From Gemmatimonadota bacterium (GTDB lineage: Bacteria > Gemmatimonadota > Gemmatimonadetes > Gemmatimonadales > GWC2-71-9): a DNA stretch of 33,949 nucleotides. Where the stretch lies: the NCBI GenBank assembly GCA_020346845.1, contig CP070792.1:1-33949 (forward strand), read 5' to 3'. Within the stretch, counting starts at the first letter, position 1; every line of letters begins with the position of its first letter. The translations under genes and the position numbers were made by a program. This document shows positions 1 to 8,939 of the stretch, piece after piece. The notes beneath the pieces are model-generated. The model searched no databases and was not told the DNA's origin. It saw only the letters and a program-made list of their open reading frames with translations.

Positions 1-197
1 GACTGGTCGAATAGTCACCCGCGTACGGCCATTGCCTCCCAAGCATCCCAGATCTGAATACCAGCTGTAATCTTCCGTCCTACAATCACCTTCTCGTTGT
101 TCCTACAGCCGACGTCGTGGGTTCCCGATAGCGCCAAGATCAGCCGCGAGTAGCTTGAGTACTCACATTGCGAGCCATCGTTCATGGTGGACCCAAG

Positions 198-623
198 ATG
201 ACCACAAGAAAGTCGAACAAGAATTTGGGCAGTACTGTCAAGCTTGCGGTGATAGATGATTCGGCGGTGATTCGTAGGCGATTGCTCAGTATGCTGACGC
301 AAGTAGATGGTGTCGAACTCGTTGGTGAGGCTACTGACGCTATAGAGGGTTTGGACTTGATCAGGGCAAAGCGACCTGATGTTGTGATCCTCGATGTGAG
401 GATGGAGAACCGGAGTGGTATTGGCTTGCTGGAGGATCTAAAGTACGACAGCAACATGCCGATCGTAATAGTGCTGACCAACTACCCCTACGTGGCCTAC
501 CGTCAGAGATGCCTGCAGCTCGGAGCCCGGTATTTCTTCGATAAGACGACCGAGTTTGTAAGGGTGGCGGAAGTAATACAGGAACTGGTAGGTGACACTG
601 ATGGGGTCCACGAATCTGTTTAG
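198..623 (+). CDS. Single-domain response regulator (CheY-like receiver, no output domain)
   Basis: From ORF 168..623. All receiver signature residues are present: the acidic pair in VIDDS, the phospho-Asp in VVILDVRM, the Thr in VLTN and the Lys in FFDKT. I moved the start to ATG 198 because a GGTGG Shine-Dalgarno-like motif lies 7 nt upstream. Confidence 0.85.
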   Translation: MTTRKSNKNLGSTVKLAVIDDSAVIRRRLLSMLTQVDGVELVGEATDAIEGLDLIRAKRPDVVILDVRMENRSGIGLLEDLKYDSNMPIVIVLTNYPYVAYRQRCLQLGARYFFDKTTEFVRVAEVIQELVGDTDGVHESV

Positions 624-810
624 GACGTAGTTTCTAGAGAGACTCTCCGCATCTGATCCGTTGGTGCACTCCGCTTTATTGCGGTGGGCGCGGCAATTCC
701 TTGCTTCGCTGCACCCGGATAAACATCTTATGGGCGTTGGCCGTAGTATGTTCTCGTGTTCCTGGTAACACCCTTTCGAATATCGTCATGCATTCACTTG
801 TTGTTCCATC

Positions 811-3516
811 ATGCTAGACCAGCCCGTAACCCGGATTCTCCTCGTCGAAGCCGACCGCAGCGATGCGAGCAGTTTGCGCACAATGATCGAGTCCGGTGCC
901 GGTGGCAGGTTTGCTGTCGAGTGGGTCGAGAACGTCGAAGCGGGACTGGAAAGGCTGCGCAGAGACGGGGTCGACTTGGCGATCTTGGGGCTATCAGATC
1001 CTGGCCGCGAGGGTCTGGCCGCGCTGGCTGCGATCCGAGAAAGTGCCCCACGGATTCCCGTGGTTGTCATGGCGAAGCAGGCGGATGATGAAGTAGCAGC
1101 TCTCACCATGCGTGAGGGTGCGCAGGATTGCCTGATAAAAGCGCACATCGAAGCCTCGGCGTTGTTCAAAGCGCTACGCTACGCACAGGAACGCAAGTAT
1201 TCAGAACAGGCTCTGCTTGAGAGCGAGCAGCGCTTCAGACGGGTGTTTGAAGAAGGAACCCTGGGTATGGCACTCGTGGGCACCGATTTCAGGCTGGTAG
1301 GCCTGAACAACGCGTTCTGCAATACCTTGGGCTACTCACGAGAAGAACTAATGGGTCAATCCTTCTCAGCAGTGACCCACCCCGATGACCTTGACGAGGA
1401 CAACCGTCTCTCGCAATCACTAAAGGGTGACAGCCCATGTGGCCAGGTTGAGAAACGTTACCTCACCAAAGACGGCGGCATCATCTGGGGCAATCAGACA
1501 GCCTCGGTAATAAGAGGTGAAAATGGCGTCCCGCTCTATGGCATTATCATGGTCGAGGACATCACTGAACGTCGCAGGGCCGAGGAGGCGGTACGTCGCA
1601 GCCTCAACCTGCTTCACGCCGTGGTGGGCGGCACGACAGACGCGGTGTTTGTCAAGGATACGGAAGGACGCTACCTGTTGCTCAACTCAGTAGCCGCTCA
1701 GCTGGTGGGGAAGCCGGCTGCAGAGATCGTCGGTAAGACTGATGCGGAACTGTTTCCGGCAGATGTCGCAAAGCAGATGATGGAATCCGATCGTGGGATC
1801 ATCGGTGCGGGCGAAACCAGAACGTTCGAAGAAGAACTGGTTTCAGACGGAAACAGGAGAACCTACCTCTCGACCAAGGGAGTGTATCGCGACGAGTGCA
1901 GCAATGTAGTTGGTCTGTTTGGGGTTGCGCGCGACATCACCGATCGAACACGTGCTGAAGAGGAACTGCGACGGTCAGAAGCCAAATACCGTGAGTTGAT
2001 CGAACGAGCAACCTACGGGATCTGCCGTATAGCCCTGGACGGCAAGTTCGTGACGGTCAATCCGGCTCTCACGCAAATGTTAGGCTATGAGACCGAGGAC
2101 GAACTGCTGAACGCGGCCGAAGCAGGCGTCCAACACTGGAACATGGCCGAGCTGAACCGTTTGGTTGAGTTGGCGCGCACGGATCGGAGCATAGACGGAA
2201 TTGAGGTGGAATGGTCGAAGCGCGATGGAGAGCGCATCCTGGCACGATTGAGCGGTCAGCCGGTGTTTGACGAGTCCGGTAGTCTGGGCGGGATCGAGAT
2301 CATCGCCGATGACATAACGGAGCGGAGGGTGTTGGAAGCCGAATTGCGACAGGCTCAGAAGATGCAGGCGCTCGGAGAGCTCACAGGCGGTATCGCGCAC
2401 GATCTGAACAACATGCTGACTGTTGTGACGACCAACCTGGAGCTAATGGGCAGCTCCGTGACCGAAGATCAAACGGAGCTGAAGCAGGACTTCGAGGAGA
2501 CCCAGGCCGCGGTGAGGCGAGCCACTACGCTGATCAAGAAGCTTCTGGGGTTTAGCCGCCGTAGCCACCTGGAAATACAACCTGTAGATGTGGTCCGTCT
2601 GGTCGCCGAGCTCTCAGCGATGTTGAGGCGAGTAGTTCCCGAGTCTATTGAGATACACTTGATCACGGAGCCCAAGGCAGGGACAGTCCGGGCCGACACG
2701 GGCGCGTTGGAACAGATCCTCCTGAACCTCGTGACCAACGCCCGAGATGCCATGCCTGACGGCGGGAAGCTCAGTATCTCGGTCGGCAGGAGGAACCTGG
2801 GACAAGAGTATTGTGCGACACACCCGTGGACGACTCCGGGCGATTACGTTTGCATTTCGGTGAGCGACTCTGGGATCGGAATGGACGAGGAGACTAGGGA
2901 GAGAGTTTTCGAGCCATTCTTCACAACTAAGCCACCCGAGTTGGGTACGGGACTAGGCTTGTCGATGGTATATGGTCTGGTGAAACAGCATGGCGGTGTT
3001 GTCGACGTGTACAGCGAAAAGGGTGAGGGAACCGTAGTCAATGTCTACCTGCCGCTTGTACATGAAAGGATTGGTGGAGCGAGGCGGCCTACACCGGTGC
3101 AGACCATGATTGGCGGGTCCGAGACGATTCTGGTAGTGGAGGACGAGGAGCCTATCCGGAAAGCCACCAAACGAGTTCTGGAAAAGCATGGGTACAAGGT
3201 CCTTCTGGCCACCGACGGTGAGCAAGCGCTCAAGCTCTTTCCCGAGTACCAGGGGGATATAGACCTAGTAATCTCCGACGTTGTCATGCCGCGGCTAGGT
3301 GGGGCGAAGTTCTACGAAGCACTACGAGCAACCGGTGGACAAACGAAGATCTTGTTCACCAGTGGCTACACTGATCGGGACGTGCGTCAGGGAGGCGCCC
3401 TTGACCCCGGCCTGCCATTCATCCACAAACCGTGGACAGTGGCCGCACTGCTATCCAAGATCAGAGACGTACTCGATAGCGAACCGGCGTCGGGAGACTC
3501 TGGTGCGGTACCTTGA
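811..3516 (+). CDS. Hybrid sensor histidine kinase: degenerate N-terminal receiver, three PAS/PAC modules, HisKA-HATPase core, C-terminal receiver
   Basis: 901-aa ORF. Three repeats each end in a D-I-T-E/D-R-x-x-A/L-E-E PAC-type boundary (VEDITERRRAEEA, ARDITDRTRAEEE, ADDITERRVLEAE). The H-box is GGIAHDLNNML, the N-box LLNLVTNARDAM, G1 SDSGIGM and G2 GTGLGLS. The C-terminal receiver is canonical (VVEDEE, VISDVVMP, FTSG, HKP). Confidence 0.9.
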   Translation: MLDQPVTRILLVEADRSDASSLRTMIESGAGGRFAVEWVENVEAGLERLRRDGVDLAILGLSDPGREGLAALAAIRESAPRIPVVVMAKQADDEVAALTMREGAQDCLIKAHIEASALFKALRYAQERKYSEQALLESEQRFRRVFEEGTLGMALVGTDFRLVGLNNAFCNTLGYSREELMGQSFSAVTHPDDLDEDNRLSQSLKGDSPCGQVEKRYLTKDGGIIWGNQTASVIRGENGVPLYGIIMVEDITERRRAEEAVRRSLNLLHAVVGGTTDAVFVKDTEGRYLLLNSVAAQLVGKPAAEIVGKTDAELFPADVAKQMMESDRGIIGAGETRTFEEELVSDGNRRTYLSTKGVYRDECSNVVGLFGVARDITDRTRAEEELRRSEAKYRELIERATYGICRIALDGKFVTVNPALTQMLGYETEDELLNAAEAGVQHWNMAELNRLVELARTDRSIDGIEVEWSKRDGERILARLSGQPVFDESGSLGGIEIIADDITERRVLEAELRQAQKMQALGELTGGIAHDLNNMLTVVTTNLELMGSSVTEDQTELKQDFEETQAAVRRATTLIKKLLGFSRRSHLEIQPVDVVRLVAELSAMLRRVVPESIEIHLITEPKAGTVRADTGALEQILLNLVTNARDAMPDGGKLSISVGRRNLGQEYCATHPWTTPGDYVCISVSDSGIGMDEETRERVFEPFFTTKPPELGTGLGLSMVYGLVKQHGGVVDVYSEKGEGTVVNVYLPLVHERIGGARRPTPVQTMIGGSETILVVEDEEPIRKATKRVLEKHGYKVLLATDGEQALKLFPEYQGDIDLVISDVVMPRLGGAKFYEALRATGGQTKILFTSGYTDRDVRQGGALDPGLPFIHKPWTVAALLSKIRDVLDSEPASGDSGAVP

Positions 3517-3553
3517 GGAAATGCCGCTAGGTTGCGAGTTTTACCACCCCTAG

Positions 3554-3625
3554 GGCGCCGTAGCCAAGTGGTAAGGCGGAGGTCTGCAAAACCTCTATTC
3601 GGCGGTTCGAATCCGCCCGGCGCCT
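3554..3625 (+). tRNA. tRNA-Cys (anticodon GCA)
   Basis: A 72-nt cloverleaf folds by hand. The acceptor stem is GGCGCCG/CGGCGCC (7 bp) and the D arm is GCC-AAGTGGTAA-GGC. The anticodon stem GAGGT/ACCTC carries the loop CTGCAAA, giving anticodon GCA. The T arm is GGCGG-TTCGAAT-CCGCC and the discriminator is T. The 3' CCA is not encoded. Confidence 0.9.
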
Positions 3626-3633
3626 CTACAGAA

Positions 3634-3655
3634 CGGGCCCGCTGTTGCGGGCCCG
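3634..3655. terminator. GC-rich hairpin between tRNA-Cys (+) and the convergent protease gene (-); possible bidirectional terminator
   Basis: CGGGCCCGC-TGTT-GCGGGCCCG forms a perfect 9-bp stem with a 4-nt loop. It lies 9 nt after the tRNA and 23 nt after the protease stop. The T-tracts are weak on both strands. Confidence 0.45.
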
Positions 3656-3677
3656 CTCCCATTTGGGGGTATGTGGT

Positions 3678-6254
3678 CTATTTCCACCACCGTTCCGACC
3701 ACCAACAACCCGGTTCCAGGTTCCTGAGCCATTCAAGTGCCGGTTCACCAATTGGAGCACCTGGCGGAGCCGCCATCGTGGATGGTTGGCTGAATTCACC
3801 TGCCGGTCGCTCGAGGAACCGAGTGATGTCGCGGGCAAGCTGTGCCTTGTGAGCGGCATCCGAATCGGTACCGCCAGCCGAGCCGGTAACCGAGCCGCGC
3901 AGCTGCTCCAGATGTGCCGACGCTATCGCCCTCACCTGCGGCATCGCAGCGTTGGCCGCCAGTGCCATCAACCGGTCAACGACCACTCTCTGCACCGATC
4001 GGTTCACTTCTGCCTGATACGAGTCCGCTGCCCTCGCATCGAATGCTGCTGCAATGAGTCTTCCGATCACGGCATCTAACCCTGGCAACGAAGGATCGAG
4101 CGCATGCTGTTCCACCATACGGGCCGCACGCTGTGATTGCAGGATGCTCGCCACCGTGTGATCGGCCGATACGACCGCGGGCGTGATCGCATCGAACATG
4201 GATCCGGTGTATCTGGGGAACAGCTCTCGGCTGCGACCATAACCCGAAGGACGCGGCGGCAGGTTCTGCAACACGGATCGCGGAAGCACCAATGCTGCGG
4301 GATCGAGGGTGGCCAGGAGGGCGTCTAATGCGGTCTGTTGTTCGGCGGCCGGTACCGGCCGAACCGGGACACGCCCGTCTCCCCGCATTGCATAGATGTA
4401 GTAGATACCACCCAGTACTGATGCCGCCGCCGTAACCTGATAACGATGGTGCATGTAAAGCGGCACGAGAACCTCTTCCATGGTAGCGAGTGGCATGTCC
4501 TGCTTGATGGCGGTTTCGCCGAACCGAGATAGCGCTACCGCTCTAACCTCCATCATCCGATTCAGCTCGGCAGCAGCCTCGGTGCCGTTGGACCACTGGT
4601 CGACGCGAGGATGAGCAGATATGTCCTGGTTCGACAGATACAAGACATCCCGATCCCATGCGTCGTCGAGGATCGACCGGAGGACGGCGGCCTCATCTGT
4701 ACCTGGTGGAAGATCCTGGTAGCCATAGGCCACGGTGACGATGTCCCATTCACCCATGCCGACATCGTATACCTGGGAGAAATCGAAGGAGCCGTCACGG
4801 TTGAGTGTGATCAGCGGGTGCGGGTAGTCCATGACGGAAATCCGACCAAGCTCGCTGTCGTAGTAGTTGTGACCTAGGCCGATGGTGTGTCCCACCTCGT
4901 GGGCGCTGAGCTGCCGGATGCGCGCCAACGACCACTCGGCCAGCTCTGGCGGTGTCTCGTCGCCGTTGTCGTAAGGCGCCAGCAGTCCTTCGGCGATCAT
5001 GTAGTCCTGTCGGATACGGAGCGAACCCAACGTCACCGAGCCTTTGATGATCTCTCCTGTTCGGGGATCGGTAACGGAACCGCCGTAGCTCCAGCCTCGC
5101 GTCGAACGGTGCGCCCAATTGATCACATTGTAGCGCACATCGAGGGGACTGATACTATCGGGTCGTATTTCCACTTGGAATGCATTGCGGTATCCGGCGG
5201 CCTCGAATGCCTGATTCCACCACCGTGCGCCATCCAGCAACGCCGAGCGAATCGGTTCGGGAACACCGGGATCGAGATAATAGACGATGGGTTCAACCGG
5301 ATCACTCATAGCGGCGGATGGGTCTACCTTCTTCAATCTGTGCCTGCGGATGAACCTCTTGGTCATCGACTCACCCAGGGGTGCGGAATAGTCTTGATAC
5401 GATATGGCTCCGTAGCCGGACCGCGGGTCGAAGAGACGAGGTTCGTAGTCGTCGTCTGGCAGCTCTACGAACGACTGATGCACTCTGAGGCTGGCTGCTT
5501 CACCCGATGCCGCCACGCTGGATACGCCTTCGAAAGCGCCTCCGCCAAACCCACCACCTCCGCCACCAGGCTGACGCACGAACGTGAGTTCCGCTTCCAT
5601 TTCGGTGTTTTTAGGAAATCCCTTTGTCATGGGCATGTATATCGAGCTACGTCCGGCATCAAAGCGATATGTGCCTGGACGGAGACGGCCCGCCAATCCG
5701 GTCGCATCGCGTAGCAGGAACCCATTCATGTCGACGAGAACTCGCTCGTCCGTCTCGGCCGCTACCGTGAAATCCCACAGGATCGATCGGGCAAACGCAT
5801 CGGTCACGGCCTGGACTTCGGACGGGTTATCACTGCTGGATCGAAAACGGTAGTTGGGTTGCACCATGAGTATCTTGCGACCGATGCGCTCGAACCTCAC
5901 GATGCGCGACCCCGCAAGCTGTCCCCTGTCAATACCGATGTCGTTGGACCCTAGGCCGGCGCCCATGCCGGTAATGTTGAGGACCTCTGTATCGATCAGG
6001 CCAAGTTCCATCCAAAGCTGCCCGGCGTCGGCATCCCAATAGAGCGGGAAGAAACCGTCGATCCGCTCCATGCCAGCAGTCTTCTCGGCGATCGCAGGAA
6101 GTGGTTCCTGGGATTGGCCCCTACTCCCCTGGGCTAGGATTAGTGCTGGACTAGCAAGGGTGGCGAGCGACAGCGTAACGATCACTGCAACTGCCCTGGT
6201 TATGACGCGCGACCGGACATGGCTCCATGCGGACCGAGTCCTCGTTCCAATCAT
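3678..6254 (-). CDS. Secreted zinc metalloprotease (metzincin-type HExxHxxGxxH; resembles the DUF5117/DUF4953 zinc-dependent metalloprotease family)
   Basis: The zinc motif HEVGHTIGLGHN is present. I set the start at ATG 6254 (MIGTRTRS...) because AGGAG lies 6 nt upstream and a signal peptide follows (AVAVIVTLSLATLASPALILAQG). The longer ORF to 6467 runs through a terminator-like hairpin. Confidence 0.8.
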   Translation of the reverse strand: MIGTRTRSAWSHVRSRVITRAVAVIVTLSLATLASPALILAQGSRGQSQEPLPAIAEKTAGMERIDGFFPLYWDADAGQLWMELGLIDTEVLNITGMGAGLGSNDIGIDRGQLAGSRIVRFERIGRKILMVQPNYRFRSSSDNPSEVQAVTDAFARSILWDFTVAAETDERVLVDMNGFLLRDATGLAGRLRPGTYRFDAGRSSIYMPMTKGFPKNTEMEAELTFVRQPGGGGGGFGGGAFEGVSSVAASGEAASLRVHQSFVELPDDDYEPRLFDPRSGYGAISYQDYSAPLGESMTKRFIRRHRLKKVDPSAAMSDPVEPIVYYLDPGVPEPIRSALLDGARWWNQAFEAAGYRNAFQVEIRPDSISPLDVRYNVINWAHRSTRGWSYGGSVTDPRTGEIIKGSVTLGSLRIRQDYMIAEGLLAPYDNGDETPPELAEWSLARIRQLSAHEVGHTIGLGHNYYDSELGRISVMDYPHPLITLNRDGSFDFSQVYDVGMGEWDIVTVAYGYQDLPPGTDEAAVLRSILDDAWDRDVLYLSNQDISAHPRVDQWSNGTEAAAELNRMMEVRAVALSRFGETAIKQDMPLATMEEVLVPLYMHHRYQVTAAASVLGGIYYIYAMRGDGRVPVRPVPAAEQQTALDALLATLDPAALVLPRSVLQNLPPRPSGYGRSRELFPRYTGSMFDAITPAVVSADHTVASILQSQRAARMVEQHALDPSLPGLDAVIGRLIAAAFDARAADSYQAEVNRSVQRVVVDRLMALAANAAMPQVRAIASAHLEQLRGSVTGSAGGTDSDAAHKAQLARDITRFLERPAGEFSQPSTMAAPPGAPIGEPALEWLRNLEPGCWWSERWWK

Positions 6255-6418
6255 GACAATCTCCTGGCTATGAACTACGTGATGGTTGCAATCGTGGATC
6301 TCGTCTTGCGAGTGACACATACTCGCGGCAAGCTCGAAAGATGAGACTGCGGAAGGATACCTGCCAGATCTCAGGAAACTAGCAGACAGGCTACCTCGCA
6401 CGTCCGCCCCTGCCGGTG

Positions 6419-6448
6419 CTGCCCCTCTCAGTGGCTGAGGTGGGGCAG
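6419..6448 (-). terminator. Imperfect GC-rich hairpin downstream of the oxidoreductase gene
   Basis: CTGCCCC-T-CTCAG TGG CTGAG-GT-GGGGCAG lies about 20 nt after the stop at 6471. No clear U-tract follows. Confidence 0.35.
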
Positions 6449-6470
6449 CAGCAACAGGGCCGGACAACGG

Positions 6471-7808
6471 TCAAAATTCGTCTGTGAATGCGAACGAGCT
6501 GGCTCTCCTCGACCACTCACCCCGGGTGAAATCGGGGAAGTGCTGTGGGCTACTGCCCGTTGCGATCGAGCGCTCGGACAAGGGACTGATGACACTCCAA
6601 GATGCTGCGTCGTACACGTCTATCGGAGGCGGGACCTGACGTTTGACCGATTCAATGAACGCATGAACCACGAAGAAATCCATGCCGCCGTGGCCGGCAC
6701 CCTCAGACTCTGCCGTGTACCGCTTCCACAGGGGGTGGTCGTACTGATCACTATAGTTGCTGAACGGTTCCCAGTGGTGTGGCTCAGGACTGATGCCCTC
6801 GAGATAAATCGAGCGGTTGTCGCTCATCCAGATGCCGTTGGTACCCTGGACCCGGAAGTTGAGCGAATAGGGGCGCGGTAGGTTGGTGTCGTGACTCAAC
6901 ATGATGGTCTCGCCGTTGGCACATTTGATCACCGTAGTAACCACGTCGCCCAGCTCAAAGCGGACATTGGCGTTCGGGTGATCTTCGCCACCTTGTGCCA
7001 AAACGTATTTGTGCAGCCCCCGCGACTTGGTTGCGGTGGACGTGAGGGTCACAAACCTGTTGCCAGTGTTGATGTCGAGGCACTTGGAGATCGGACCCAT
7101 GCCGTGTGTTGGATATAGCTCGCCGTTTCGTGTGATCGAATGGTGAGTTCTCCAGACTGCTTCGCCCCTTGCGCCTGGTCCAAACTCAGCCCCCGGTTGG
7201 AACTTGATTGCGCGAAGGTCGTGCTGATAACCCCCCTGGCAGTGTATCAACTCGCCGAACAGACCCTGCCGCACCATGTTGAGGACCGTCATGACGTCAC
7301 GGCGGTAGCATACATTCTCCATGATCATGCAGGGCATACCGGTCTGCTCTGATGTGTTCACCAGATCCCAGCACTCTTGGATTGTCACTGCGGCCGGCAC
7401 TTCTACGCCAACAGCCTTTCCTGCTTGCATGCCCGCAACGGCCATTTCCGTATGCCACCGCCAAGGCGTGGCAATTATCACAGCATCGAGATCGTCGCGT
7501 TGCACCAGATCACGGAAGCCTTCCTCTCCGCCCAGGTACTGCTCCGGGATCGTTGCTCCGGCCTCATTGATCATGTCGAGCGATTGTTGTATTGCCTCAG
7601 CCTCAATGTCACAAATGGCACTGACCAAGGTATCACTGCGCCTGAGCATTAGGCGCAACAGGCTTCTTCCTCTACCGCCAACGCCGATGACACCGACTCG
7701 CACCATCCTATCGTCCTGTCCCTTGAGGATGTTGGGTGACAAACCTGTGAGTGCCATGGCGGCTCCGGCACCACCTTTCAAGAAGTCTCTACGATCGATA
7801 ATTGACAT
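6471..7808 (-). CDS. Tat-exported Gfo/Idh/MocA-family NAD-binding oxidoreductase (GH109-like architecture)
   Basis: The N-terminus has a twin-arginine signal (IDRRDFLKGGAGAAMALTG). A Rossmann motif follows (VRVGVIGVGGRGRS). GGAG lies 8 nt upstream of the ATG. Confidence 0.8.
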   Translation of the reverse strand: MSIIDRRDFLKGGAGAAMALTGLSPNILKGQDDRMVRVGVIGVGGRGRSLLRLMLRRSDTLVSAICDIEAEAIQQSLDMINEAGATIPEQYLGGEEGFRDLVQRDDLDAVIIATPWRWHTEMAVAGMQAGKAVGVEVPAAVTIQECWDLVNTSEQTGMPCMIMENVCYRRDVMTVLNMVRQGLFGELIHCQGGYQHDLRAIKFQPGAEFGPGARGEAVWRTHHSITRNGELYPTHGMGPISKCLDINTGNRFVTLTSTATKSRGLHKYVLAQGGEDHPNANVRFELGDVVTTVIKCANGETIMLSHDTNLPRPYSLNFRVQGTNGIWMSDNRSIYLEGISPEPHHWEPFSNYSDQYDHPLWKRYTAESEGAGHGGMDFFVVHAFIESVKRQVPPPIDVYDAASWSVISPLSERSIATGSSPQHFPDFTRGEWSRRASSFAFTDEF

Positions 7809-7835
7809 GGTTGTCGCTCCGTATGATTGATGCGG

Positions 7836-8675
7836 TCACCGGCTCTCGGTGATCTCCAGTGTGAGTAACACAGGTCGGTGGTCTGAGACCAATGGCTCGT
7901 GTATGGCTCGAGATTCGCTCACGCGAAACATGTTGTCGGGTCGATACAAGATGAAGTCTATTTCTGTGCTTGGCTCGTCAGATGGAAAAGTCAGATTGTC
8001 GACTCCCTTGTTGGGAATCGTCCAAACGGTATTGAATAGCCGCATTACTTCGGAGTCAGGCTCTGAGTTGAAGTCGCCCGAGAGGATGATGGGTGTCGAT
8101 TCATTCTCGAACAGTTGTAAGATGGTTCGTCCTTGAGCCAATCGCTCTTCTTCGGTGGCGTACAGGTGAATACCGACGACGATTATCTCCTGTTCGATGG
8201 GTTCGATGATGACTCGAGCCGCTAACGCAGAGCGAGGTTCACGACCGTCTGGCAAAGGGTGATTCTGGTACTCGATTATGGGGAACCGGGACAACAAAGC
8301 CATGCCGTACTGGCCACCTTGATAATCCATGAATGAGCCAAATACCCCGTGCATGCCGGTCAACTCAGCCAGCACCGCGGTCTGGTCGACGTAGCCCGTC
8401 CGCTCAGTTCTGTTGTCTATCTCCTGCAACGTGACAACGTCCGGTTTTATCGATCTAATGAGCTGTGCCGAGCGCTTCAAATCAACGCTATCGTCCATGC
8501 CCAGGCCATGTCTAATGTTGTAGGCCAGAATTCTTAGCGACGCCGGATTGTTGGTGACGTCCGAATCGGCGCTGCTGCGGCCTGTTCTCGCACAACCGAA
8601 CACGATCAAGACGGTGACCATGACCGATGTAAGACTGCGGAGTGTATGCGGTGACCCAGGAGACAGACGGTTCAT
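7836..8675 (-). CDS. Endonuclease/exonuclease/phosphatase (EEP) family protein, probable lipoprotein
   Basis: EEP motifs are present: LRILAYNIRHG, VVTLQEID, GDFNSEP and SDHRPVLL. I chose ATG 8675 (MNRLSPG...) because it gives a signal peptide ending in the lipobox-like LIVFGC. A TTG at 8741 is an alternative start. Confidence 0.75.
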   Translation of the reverse strand: MNRLSPGSPHTLRSLTSVMVTVLIVFGCARTGRSSADSDVTNNPASLRILAYNIRHGLGMDDSVDLKRSAQLIRSIKPDVVTLQEIDNRTERTGYVDQTAVLAELTGMHGVFGSFMDYQGGQYGMALLSRFPIIEYQNHPLPDGREPRSALAARVIIEPIEQEIIVVGIHLYATEEERLAQGRTILQLFENESTPIILSGDFNSEPDSEVMRLFNTVWTIPNKGVDNLTFPSDEPSTEIDFILYRPDNMFRVSESRAIHEPLVSDHRPVLLTLEITESR

Positions 8676-8939
8676 CGCTCTAGAAAGAGATCCAGCTATG
8701 CAAATGCCGTTGCATCTTGCCCGTGTGTAGTATGTGAACAATATGAGTGGCTCAGCTCTTCAATGAGAGCACCTCTGCAGCATTGGCCCGAGTTGGCTGG
8801 GGGCGGATCAAGTAATCTATCCATTTTGGCTTGCAACACTATGCGAATCGGATGGGTAGACTTGATGACGGTGTAGTTCTAAGTTGGCGAGAAATACTCC
8901 TTTGTCCACTGTGCCGCATTTCGATAGGAGTTCGTAGAT

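Noticed and set aside
15-481. Minus-strand ORFs 15..302 and 182..481 at the left edge.
   Set aside because: They are antisense to or overlap the clearly homologous receiver gene. They have no recognisable motifs and an odd composition. They are probably chance ORFs.
3554-3677. tRNA-Cys as an integration site for a genomic island.
   Set aside because: The window contains no integrase, excisionase or transposase. I found no direct repeat of the tRNA 3' end by eye. The idea is retained only as a low-interest compositional check.
4887-5714. A 275-aa plus-strand ORF inside the metalloprotease gene.
   Set aside because: It is antisense to a gene with a clear HExxH homology signal. The translation is Arg/Gly/Cys-rich with no domain pattern. 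Long antisense ORFs of this kind are typical in GC-rich DNA.
6255-6467. A 71-aa N-terminal extension of the metalloprotease ORF.
   Set aside because: The extension runs through the terminator-like hairpin of the upstream gene and has no signal-peptide character. The internal ATG 6254 has an AGGAG motif and is followed by a signal peptide.
8763-8876. A 37-codon ORF (MRAPLQHWPELAGGGSSNLSILACNTMRIGWVDLMTV) just upstream of the LanC-like gene. It has a Gly-Gly pair followed by Ser/Thr/Cys and could in principle be a lanthipeptide precursor.
   Set aside because: It has no ribosome-binding site and only one Cys. No dehydratase or leader-peptidase transporter is present in the window. The LanC-like protein appears to be exported, whereas precursors are modified in the cytoplasm. 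The ORF is kept only as a sequence to include in homology searches.
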